Of a stretch of 64,000 bases of DNA, positions 13,301-24,900 are shown piece after piece. This stretch comes from Azolla caroliniana (taxonomy: Eukaryota > Plantae > Polypodiophyta): NCBI GenBank assembly GCA_043228905.1, contig JBHGNT010000003.1, positions 1,426,001 to 1,490,000 of the forward strand, read 5' to 3'. Made by a program: the position numbers and the translations under genes. Every line of letters starts with the position of its first letter. Within the stretch, counting starts at the first letter, position 1. Below the pieces are notes generated by a model. That model saw only the letters and a list, made by a program, of their open reading frames with translations, did not search any database and was not told the origin of the DNA.

Positions 13301-13486
13301 TTCAATAGTTCCCTCATTGACTTCATCACATGTGAGCGCCACTTTCCTTCCTACACATTCTATTGTTGCCATTTGCTTTGATGATCCAACCACCTTTTTG
13401 TGTAATGCTTCGACATCTAGAATAATGCATCTACAATAATCAGGGATGTTGGTAATTCAACAATGATGATCTTATGTGAGGTGGAT

Positions 13487-13668
13487 TAGGAGTCAACAAC
13501 GGATTGCTCAAGCCTGAACCAATCCATTAAACCATATTTAAACAATTTGGTGGTTCAGCTCAGCTCAATTCAAGATTGAGCCTCCTTAACTGGTTTGAGC
13601 TTCATTTGACAAGGTTCAAGCCAAAACAAAAACCAGCTAAGCCACCACCGAACCATTATTGATTCCTA
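13487..13668. mobile_element. hAT-type MITE
   Basis: TIRs TAGGAGTCAACAACGG / CCATTATTGATTCCTA; perfect 8-bp TSD AGGTGGAT at 13479-13486 and 13669-13676. Confidence 0.85.
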
Positions 13669-14201
13669 AGGTGGATGCTTTCATATGTATAATGTATCAC
13701 ATCATGCCTAGTGCACATGAATATCATATTATGCCTAGTGCACACTATTCATGTCCATATGTACATAGGGAGGCCTGAAGCCCATATTGCGACACCATAC
13801 ATGAGACCATGGGTGAGCATGGTGTGGGACAACCATAATTGAGATCAAAAGTTTCTATTACATCACCTCATATTTGTGTCTAGTGCCATAAGGTACCATC
13901 ATACAAAAATTCAAACTTTACTATCACACATCTTTTCGACAATGGCAATTCCAAGATGTAATGTTGGGTATGCATTTTGATGCATATGTCTTCATTCTAA
14001 TGTAAGACACAAAGATATACAAACCAAAAAAGCATTGTTGATTATGCTTTTCAAGAATCATCTTCTAAGGAGTTTTGATTAAATACAATGCTAGATTTGA
14101 AAACTTGTGGGTAAGTCTACTATTAATTGACTTGCTTAGATCATTTCCATGCCATTTCAGAGTTACCGCCTCCTTGCTATTTGATGATGTAGTCATATAT
14201 A

Positions 14202-14202
14202 C

Positions 14203-14230
<28 letters not shown>
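14202..14230. repeat. (AGAT)n microsatellite
   Basis: About 7 perfect AGAT units. Confidence 0.9.
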
Positions 14231-14234
<4 letters not shown>

Positions 14235-14436
14235 TGTCGTTTTATAGGTGACCATTGGGTGTTGCAAATTTGAAAAACTAGGACTACATAAGAAGAGATA
14301 TTCAAAATGAAGTCTTGTACTCCGGTGTTAAATGGGGCAATTCTATATTGAAAGTAATCATAAATCTCCAAAAATGGTTAGGAATTTTAACTCGTATGTT
14401 ATACCCCCAGCACTAAAGATATTTATAGATAATACT

Positions 14437-17400
14437 TTAAAACCTCTCTCCAAATCTAACAAACAATGATCCTGAGCCTGTATTGCAATCCATAGCATAC
14501 TCGGTCCTTACTAATCCTACTTTCACTCCAAGTCCATATGACACTCCACTTCCTGCTCGGCGGAAAAACTCAGTTGGATTCCCTCTCAAATCCTTTGAGC
14601 TTCCCAGATCCGTTCCATACTCTACAAATCCATATGCATGTGTGTTCCAAATTGGTAGCCGCAATTCAGTTGCCAGCTGAAATTCAGAAGAGAAACTACA
14701 TTAAGTCACTTCATTACTTAGATAATCTTCAAAAATATTCCTCATTTTAAAAAGAGCCATTAACTATATCCCATACTACCAATCATAGATTGACATATTC
14801 GCATTCGTGGGGTTTCCCATTCGAATTTGAATTGATCTTCATATTTAAGATGCTGACCACTTAAGTTTCGAAGCATTAGATATTCGATATGAATTAAGGC
14901 AGACTTTAGTAGGGGAAGCTAATTCTTTCGTTTTTGTACATTTACCAATTCAATTTGAAAGTGGAAATTTTAAATATTTATTTGAGCTTACTTTTGGGAA
15001 AAAAATAAAAATAAAAAGTCAATGACTTCACATTTTGCACTGACATTTTTGAAACAACACGAGGGATAATTGATATTACCTTTATATACGAGGGATAGTA
15101 ACATAATTAATATATAACAGGTTAAGGATAAATTGGGAAATGAGAACATAGACATTACCTCTAAGAAGTTGCGGCAAGCACCCAACTCGCCCATGTTGTA
15201 GCCTCGGACAGAATATGGTCCGCCAAGAGTGAATGCATCATATGCTGCCAGATCACCGATGCAGCCCCCATAACGACCATGTAAAACAAGCACTGGAGGT
15301 AGAGGCGCCTTCTCATCCTCTACTACTTTCTTTAGTTGAAGGAAATGGGTAGACGTTATTTGATGCCGATTGAAGATGGGGAATTTGCTACCAATTCCAA
15401 GTCCTTGATCAACCTACATGATTTGCTCAAGTTGGTAATTTGAGGAATTTAAATATAAAAAATGAACTCTTTAACACCCAAAGAGATTTGGCTTCAAAGT
15501 GACTTATCCACTTAAAACTAGCTGATTAATTAACTAACTAATTAATTAGTTTATGTCAACTGTCTTATCCACCTAAAATAGCATTCGAGCCCAGAAGAAA
15601 TAATTCAATTCTTGAGTTTCATCAGTGTGTTGTATGTATGCACACATTGCTTATATATGTATGCGTGTATCCAAACATAAATACAGAGTTGTGCAAGATG
15701 GTACGAATTAATGCATGGCCTTATCTAGAGTCTGTATCGACATATCTGCATGCATGTGTACCTGGATTCAATACACATATCTGTATATATTGCAGATGCA
15801 TACATATGCATCTGGATTCTGTGTACATGCATGTGCAGTCATGTACACATATTCGAAAGATATACAATAACTCCCAAAATAAACTTCACAAAAGCATAAC
15901 CCATGGTTGATAAGAACAAACATATCAGAAAATTATATGTGCTTCTCATTCTGCAATGACTTTGAAGATATGTGTACATTATAGTAATTCTCTCTCTCCC
16001 TTTCTCCACACATCAATGTAGAAATCAAACCTGAAATATCGTTCTAGTACCAACAGGTGTCCCATTGATAAGAACTGTCTTGTCTCGGGTAATGTTGGCC
16101 TGAAAAAAGCCAACCCGATCAATGCCAGTGTCACTAAGTGTGGTAGGAGGCCCATCCATACTTAAACCTCCATTTGGAAGTGTCCGAACTCCATTTGTAC
16201 AAATAGAACTTGTTTCATCTCTAGTAGTTATCTCTTCAAACACTAGTCCATAGGTGAGTTTGCTTTGTCTACTGAAGTTCTGAGACAGAAATAAATTACA
16301 TCAGCTGAGAATGCCAATGTAAAGCAAATATCAAGCACAAATGAACACTTTTACAATGCTTAAACACTAACCTCTGTTATGTTAGCCTTCACCCCTGCTC
16401 GATCAACCCATATTGCAGGTACTTCATCAATTCCTGGCCCTCCTGTAAAGACAGGACTCAGTTTTCTACTATTGAAACAGCTTGCTTTCAGAATTCGGTT
16501 GCGAGGATCACTCAGCCCATCAAGATAAGGATGCACATATTCCAATTTAAATCCAAGATCATCCTACACGACCATATGAATGCATAATAAAGAAACTCTG
16601 TGTTACCATACATCCGGAAAACGAGATACAACAAGATTACATATTGAGGCAACAAGTTTCGATATCAAACCATAATAACATTGTCATTATATACATATAT
16701 ATCAGAGGCATTTACTAAACATGAGTTGTTTAAGAAAAATCAGTATACCTGAGGATTAAGGAGATTGCTGGATGTAACGGAGCCCAAAAATGATCGATTG
16801 AGTCCTTGCAAATTTCGGTGCTCAAAAGTGACACTTCCACCAGGCTGCATCGATGACTGCAAGAATCTCACAAGAAATTAATCTCTGATCCTCACTTTAT
16901 ATTAAAGAAGTTCTTTTTGTGCATACCAAGCTAGGCCAACCCGATCCTCCAGGAGCAATGCTCCACTCTGTAGAGACTTCAGTAGTCTTTTGATCAAGTT
17001 CTTTCAGTTTGATTTCCACAACAATGCCACCATCATTCTCTTCATCTGGACGCGGATTTACTTCTATGTTTGCGAACAACCCAAGACTATTTACACTTCT
17101 CAAAGCTCTTTTTCCAGCTTCAATGTTAAATATATATCCCGGTTGTAGCTGCAGAAATGATACTCTGGCTTAAATTAAAATCTAGAAACCTCTTTTTAAT
17201 GCTCCACCCCTTGAAATATACATAGTGAGAATTTGTTGTAATTTGTTGTCATAACATTAAATTTGACATGATCCTAGAATTGTATATGATAAACAGGATC
17301 CATAAACGACCATTCTAGTTTTATAGCCTCAACAGCATTTATAATAGTAGGTAATTTACACTAAAAACTTCTGTTGTGATAATATAAAGAAACAATATTT

Positions 17401-19844
17401 TAATGTAGAGTAAGTTATCAAGATTAATGCTTTGTGACACGTCTCTTTTATATAAATCCAATGAGTTTATATTCACTCTTTATAATGTAAAAGATAAATT
17501 TGCAAACATGGTTAATAGAATATAGAGTTCATACCTGAATAGGTAGCTCTCTTTCTACAATATCTGTCTCTGTGTATCCTTCACATGGAAGTCCCATTTT
17601 GTCTTGAAATTGCACTATCACATCAGTGATATCTCCCTCAACAACCTCACAAACAATCTCTTTCGTATTGAGATTTCCAAAGTTCACAACCTGGGCACAA
17701 GCAAAACCTTGATCATGATACCACTTCTGAACTTGGTCACGAATCCTCTGCAGAATCCTTGCAGTTACTCTCCTCTCTGTCCTAATCCATGAAGTGATAT
17801 CTTTCTCTACTGACTTTGGAAGGATGCATGGTCTTGTTATTTTAAGCCGGCGTCTGTATTCTTCCTCTTGAGACCTGATAAATGATTCTCGCTCCTTATC
17901 CGACAACTTTGCAAAATCCACATCAGGCTGCTTTGACTGAGGGATTAATCCAACATTAACACATCTTATCGATTCAGCAGCTTGCCATTCACTCTCGGAA
18001 AATGTAACCTGTAACTTCAAAGTCCCATCTTCTTGTGGTAATGCATCAATGTCAACACTCTCAAACATCCCACAGCTCGATAGATTATCTAGCTCCGTCT
18101 GTAGCTGATCCCTTGTAAATATTCCACCTGCTTTTATTGTAACAAGTTCAAGGAAAGGATCATCACTGCCAACGGGTTTGTCTGTCCTGTTATCAATCAA
18201 CTCAATACCAGATACTTTATATCTCTTGTCGTAGCTAAGCTTCGTGATATTAGCTTTGGCACCGACTTTTAGGTCGTGTGGATCGTACTCTGACTCTTCT
18301 GATTTTGCGTAAGCCATAAATTTATCAAGCCAATTGAATCGACCACTACCACCACCACCACCTCCTCCTCCTCCTCCTCCTCCTCCAGATCCAGATCCAG
18401 ATCCTAAAAGCTGGAACAGGGAAGCTCCAGCAATACCTATTGCAGATCCAGATGCAGCAATGCCTATCTTTCTTACACTGGCCTTAAAAACTGGAGATTT
18501 CTTTACACTGGAAGATCAATGTTCAAAGGCGCAACAAAAAAATGAATTTAATGTAACTCGGAATAAAAACAATTACGCTGCAAAGCACCAAATGTGCGAA
18601 AAGTTTGTGTAGTTTGCAGTTGTATTATTCGAAAACATATTTAATTTTGAAAATGTTAGGCTAGATATCTTTAGATTATGAGTTTTTTTAGAATTAAAAA
18701 CTTTGCAATGTCTAGATACATGTTAGTAAATAATTTCAACATATTTAGAATAAGGTCAGTTACTTCTAAATTATGAGATGCTGTGGTATTAAAATAAAAG
18801 GCTTATTACCTTTTATTTTTTTCAAACAATCCAGAGGAGTTATCATTTTGCATTGAGCCTGAACCCCCAAGGGAGGCTGTGCCCTTACTCCCTGGTGAAG
18901 ACGTAAGTACAGGCATGCAAGAAGAAGCAGAACCACCTGTGTGTTGAAATTGCATCATATTGTAATGACTTAGGGGTTGAGTAGCAGGGTCTAAACTCTG
19001 CCTGAGCCTGTAAACGGAAAAAACAAAATCCAATTTTGATACACCACCAAAAGAAAAAGAATTATACAATCTCTAGGGTTAGATGTAAATTCCATGTTGA
19101 ACTGCAGGTAATTTGAGTTTCCTTTTGAATACTACTTTGAACAATTCCTTTCAATAAATAACACCTAGAAAAATAAGGCACAATGCAAGCAGACGTTTTT
19201 CACAAAAATCAACAGAATTTTCTATGATTAGATTTTAACTATGATTGAACATATTGGGTTCTTTGAACTTATTTTTGAAACCCTAAGAAGTATAAATGGT
19301 TTTCAGAAGCAATGGCATGTGAAGCTGTTTACAAAACATTGCCAAAGTCTAGAGTTATATGTATGTTTACTTTTGCAATGAGGCTTTTAGAGAGGTGAGG
19401 TGATTGAAAAGCTGTTCAAAGTCTTAATCGATATATGCATCAATACTGATGCGAACCAAAAATTGACGGGAAGAATCTATTTATAGAGATCGATGAGAAA
19501 TCTTCAAATTTTAAATGTCTCAACTCATATGAGCTTTGGTCTTCAAAACACAATCTGTAGATGTATCAAAAATTGATACGAATCCAAATATAGAAAAGAA
19601 TGTTTTTTTGAGCAAAAAAGCAATGTGGGCAGTGTAATCGCAAGTAAAACCCATGAAGGCAAGAGTCGAGGGTGTGCGAAAGATCAATCATCATAGAAAT
19701 CAAAGGGGTTATATATACTAACAAAAAGAAGGAAAGAAGAATAAAAAAAACAAAAAGAGGAGAGAGAGGGTTTAGGGTTTAGGGTTTAGTGTTTAAGGCA
19801 GGAGAACGGAAGAGGAAGAGGAAGGATACTTACATGAAAGCCAT
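14437..19844 (-). CDS. TOC75: Toc75 chloroplast outer-envelope import channel (Omp85 family, Toc75-III type), 9 coding exons, ~815 aa
   Basis: Exons 19844-19834, 19007-18810, 18507-17535, 17148-16927, 16856-16749, 16563-16372, 16279-16031, 15413-15159, 14676-14437 join in frame. Poly-Gly transit peptide; POTRA motif QKWYHDQGFACAQVVNFGNLNT; FTLGGPYSVRGYNMGELG; C-terminal RFGERF. Confidence 0.96.
19767..19789 (-). promoter_or_regulatory. triple telo-box (AAACCCT x3) in Toc75 intron 1
   Basis: AGGGTTT x3 on the plus strand; TGGGCC site-II motifs at ~19882 and ~19986. Confidence 0.6.
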
Positions 19845-20189
19845 AGCCGTTCTCTGCTGCTATAAACCTTCCTTCCTTACCCTGGGCCCTGGGGTTTAGA
19901 GGCTTATGAAGAGAAAACCATTTAAACTGCAGAAACCGGCAAAGCATGGAGTAGTGATAATATATGGAGAGTTTCCTTTCACACTTGGGCCAATATTTTG
20001 GTCTTGTCATTATTATCTATCTCTTCAATTCTAACAATTCCTCTTCTATGCTCTGTACACCATTTTATACACTACTACAGTCACTCAACAGAACATTCTC
20101 ATTCGAATGCAATCGTTTACTTCGCCATCGTTTCTTGTTTTGTGAAAAATAAAGGTTCCTCGGTTGTTTCTTTGTTTCGTGACTGCGTC

Positions 20190-20925
20190 CGTGTTCATGG
20201 TTGATGGGGTCATGTCTGTATCAATGGTTCATGGTTCATGGCTGATGGTTCGTGTCCATGTTCGTGGTTGATGGTTCGTGTTTGTGCCCATTGATGATGG
20301 TTCATGTCTGTGCTCATGGCTCATGGTTTGCATCCGCATTCATGGCTGATGGTTTGTGGCTTATGTGTTTTGTGCTCTCATGTGTTCTTTGCTTGTATTT
20401 TTGCTCATGTTCTTATTTGTGGCTCATGGTTAATGTTCTCGCTCTTTGATCTTGTTATTGTTCTTGTTTGAGACTCATGGTCCTAGTTCGTGGCTAATGG
20501 TTTGTGTGCCTTGGTTCACGGCTCATGGTTCATTTTCTTGTTCATGGCTCATGGTTTGGGCTTGTATTTTTCAAACAATAACGATGTCAATATCAAAGAG
20601 CGAGAATATTAACATGAACCACACGCCATGAACTAATAGTTGTACTTCGTGGCTAGTGGTTCATGTTTCTTGTTCACGGCTCGTGGTTCGTGTTCTTGTT
20701 CACAGTTCATGGTTTGCGTGCCTTGTTCATGGCTCATGGCTCATGGTTCATGGTTTATGGTTAGCGCTCCGTGGTTTGGGCATGTATTTTTGTTCACGTC
20801 CTTTGTTCGTGGCTCACGGTTCATGTTCATGTTCTTCATCTTGTTCGCATTCTTGATATTGTTCTCGATCAAGGCTCATGGTTCACGTCCATGTGTTCAT
20901 GTTAGTGGTGAAGCGAGGGTCCATG
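20190..20925. repeat. degenerate heptamer satellite-like array
   Basis: Dozens of TTCATGG/CTCATGG/TTCGTGG variants, nearly all on one strand. Confidence 0.8.
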
Positions 20926-21993
20926 GATAATACTGGCGAAACCATAGTGTAGAAGCGAACTGAGGCAAAACAAGAGTGTCTAGTGGTGCTAAGAGTTGGA
21001 CATGAATGGGACCCTAGAGCCTAGAAAAGACTATGAAAGCAGGCCCAACCCACGAGAAAGGGACACCAGGAATGTCTCTCTTGGTCGAGAACCTACCATG
21101 GTTTTCCACTCACGCCTTCTTCATGCATAGATGCACAAAGCGCATTCACGGCAGAGCTAAGTAGGAGTCAGAGATTCTACATACATGCAACGGGTGAATG
21201 AACACGAGAAGCATTTGACGGGCACAATATATATATGTATATATACACACATATGTATGTATATATACGATCTGTGTCTGTGTAGGCCGGACACGAGTAC
21301 TGTTGTCGCTATCGGTGTTTTCGGGTGCTGGAGGCCCCGCCTGAGACTTTTCCGGAAACCCGAAAGATAGAACCTGATGGGGGGAGCAGACAGAAACAAC
21401 AGTAAATTCAAATCATAGACACAAGTAGTAGTTTATGTGGTTAATCTTGCATACCTCTCTGTTCTCCTTCTCTTTCTCTAAACCCTTACTTACTTCCTTC
21501 TCTCCTCCTCCTCCTCCCCAACCCTAATTCTGCCCCCTCCACCCTCCACTCCACCCAAATCCCTAAGCCCTGCAGCTTATTTATGACCCTTGTAACCCTG
21601 ATTCTTTCGGAAAACCCCAAAATTCTCATGAAGTAGTGGAAGCTGGCGCACTCCGGAATTCTGAACCCAACAGGTGGAGGATTGGAAAAGGTTTGATAAA
21701 CAGAGAATCCAAGGAAATAATGGATCAAATAGAGAATTTTAAGGAATAAATAAATCTCAAGATATCGGAGGATCTTGAGAATCTTGAAGAGTAAAAGAAC
21801 CCTTATGAGTAGAGAATCATAGGAAACAGAGGGACTTGAGAATCATGCTAAACAGAGGAATTCGAGACCCAGAGGAGTTTCAGGAATAGAGAATTATCAG
21901 AAACAGAGGATCTTGACGAATAGAAAATCTGGAGGTGTAGAAAACATAAAGAATATTTCTCTTTCTCTCTCTCTCTCTCTCTCTCTGAAAGGA

Positions 21994-24900
21994 ATGAAAA
22001 ATGTTGAGTTGGTGCCGGGGGACCTTGTCATGCTCTCGGATGTTGGGAATCGTTTATTGTCAGCTGCCATCGCCCATGCTGACATTTTGACAAACACTGA
22101 ATACTTGCTCGAAGATCTAAAGGTTTGTGCTTTTATTATTATTAGTTATGCATTTGTAAAGTCTATTGTCTCATGTGATGGAAAAATAAACAAATTAGAA
22201 TAGGGTTCCTTATTCACGAATTATTCTGTGTGATAAAGCAAGAAATAGATCAGAGGTGTTATTCATGAGTTGTGCTATATGATGGAAAACATTGAGAAAA
22301 TAATGTGAAAAAAGAATAGAGTTGCTATTGATGAATCATGGATTTTGAAGTTATGAAATTGGCACATTTTTTTCGTCCTTCTACAATGGAACTATGAAAT
22401 GTTAGCGATACTTGGACTCTGACTCTGTAATGGCATAGCCAATCTATCCTCTATTTTGGAAGCTACACTCCTAGACCTACCTACTTATAGATTTATCCTC
22501 AGTGATGTGGAGAAGATGGCCTCCATAGAAGGCCACCTTTATCCTAACTTCTGCAAATCCCTTGCCAATTCTCTAATTGAATAGGATCTTCCCTAATGGG
22601 TTTGCTCATCTCTGAGTGAGTTAAGGTGAGAAGTGATAAACCCAAGGAGTACTGGTAACAAGGTATTTTGTTGATGCTGAAACCAAGAACTCAACTATGC
22701 CATTTGGGCATACCGACAATAAGTATCATTCTCACATGCCAACTTTCTAGAAAATTTTGGAGTCATGTAGTATGAAGAAAGGATGGCCACAGTCGTATTT
22801 GAGGAAGCTTCCTTGTACTATGAAGAAATAACACTGGCCTTACTAGAGCCTCTATGATAATCAATGTTGCAACCATCTCACACCTGATAATATCGGTGGG
22901 TAGGTATGGTTTAGCCCAAATCATTCCCGAGATCATGGACACAAAAAATCTCTCCATCAATTGAAGGTGTCTCCAGATGGCCTCCACTCTTGTCCTTTGT
23001 CCTTGTTATATGTAACAAGTCACATATATCGTCACTGTTACTTAAAAAATTGTAGAGATTCACAATATGAGGATAGCAGGAACTTGCATGATCAATAGCT
23101 CCATGATTGTTGGAGCTAGATCCTACTGTAAGCATATGATAAGGATATAATAGATAGATAGAAAAGAAAGGAGAGAGAAAAAGAAGGGTGTCGAACTACC
23201 CGACCACCCCCAAGAGAAGGGATCGAGACGGAATCGAGCCTCGATCGGTGTCCTATACCATTGTCGTGGCATCGAGTCGTACTTGGTATTGGCACGCTCG
23301 CTTACAAGAGTTTGATCACCACTTAAGCAGAGTCTCGATGTAGTCAAATGATGTGTTAATGAGGGTAGCTAGGCCTCATATTTATAGCCAGACCTAAGGC
23401 CCCTAGGCAAGTTCACACTTGGTCTTAATGGTTTGTCTCAATCCTAAGGATTAAAAGTAATCCTTCCCTTCTTTACACTCTCGGTTAACCCTCACACTTT
23501 ATCCACGTGTATAGAATACTACAATACAATCTTACCACGGGATATTATATGGTCATGCCTGTAACATAGCCCTCGCCACCTTCCCTATCACATTGTTGTG
23601 AAGAACTTTGCAGCTGCCCCATCACACTGCTCAGCGCATAGGATATATGTATGTCCATATAAGAGGGCATGATGATGAATCATCCTCTGATGTGTGTATT
23701 AAGTGTCTTCCTACTAAGAGATGTTGTGGGGCTGATCCATGTTTTTTTGTTTCCAACTTGATATCATAAGTTTGGATTACTTTATTATTTTCTACTTTAG
23801 TCATGTGTAGATGGGGACGATCCGAGCTATATTAAAGTGGGGTTGTGCATTTATGTTTATTCCATGTGATTTGAACCATTGTTGGGTTTCTTCATTCGAA
23901 CAATGAATATCTTTATTTTCAGCATGTTGTTTTGATGACATAAGTGCCAACCTTGAGTACCTTCTTTTCGGGAGCTCCCTCAAAGCCATTGTATATTGGT
24001 CACTAATCAGACTAATGCCCATATGATTATTGGTGCAGCTCCCATCTCAGCTTGGATTATATCATGGGGCATTTAATGGTTTCCTCCTTATCATGTGGGC
24101 AACCATTGAGACTAAAGGTTTTCTAAATCTTTCCAGTTATTTGCCTTGTGAAGACCCGGTTCGCAACTTTCCACTCCATAGAGAAGAGTTGGTGTAACAA
24201 GTGTATAAAATAGCCACAATTTAGCTCATGGCTCTTGGAACCGAAATTGTGTACATTGTTTCTCGAGAGCACCAACGGCTATATATCCACAACAAAGTTG
24301 ACTATGAGCAACCTCCCATAAGGAGAACCAATATCACTATATGCCTAAATAGAGAGATTGGATGATTTAGGAACATGCTTAGCAAGGTAACCATACTGAT
24401 ATTACTAAATGCCAATGACATTATGTTCATTACGAAATGCGGATGACATTGTGTTGGCCTCCTCTCTGGAAGGACTAAAAAGACATCTAAATAGTTTAAA
24501 GACATTTTGTACAGATAAAGATTTTGGATCAACTTTGATAAAAGTAAGTGACAGTATTTAACACCACCCAAGCATGCGTAATGAGATTAGAACCAGAATT
24601 CTTCTAGTGAGAGAAGTAGCAATCGCGAATAGTTCGGTTCAAGAGTGTCATACTCAAACCGTTTAATTGAAACTTAAACTGAACCGAACTGAACCACGAA
24701 ACCTTTTAAACCAAAACTGTTTAAACCGAACTGTTACAAAAAATTCAAGTTCAAACCAAACGGTTTTAAAGACTTTCAAACCTTTAAACCATTAAAACCA
24801 CAGTTGCGTGGTTCGGTTTTGGTTGTCATGTTAGGTCAAAATTCAAGATTTCACATTTTAATTATAAAATCTTTAAAAATTTAAAAATTTAAAGATTTCT

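Noticed and set aside
18334-18612. Poly-proline ORF
   Set aside because: Antisense of the Toc75 poly-Gly tract.
19767-19789. Telomere or chromosome-fusion scar
   Set aside because: Only three units inside a first intron, typical of a telo-box.
20252-20930. Cys/Trp/His-rich ORFs
   Set aside because: Produced by the stop-poor heptamer satellite.
22400-23100. Possible LINE zf-RVT relic (ILTCQLSRKFW)
   Set aside because: A single motif, too degraded to delimit.
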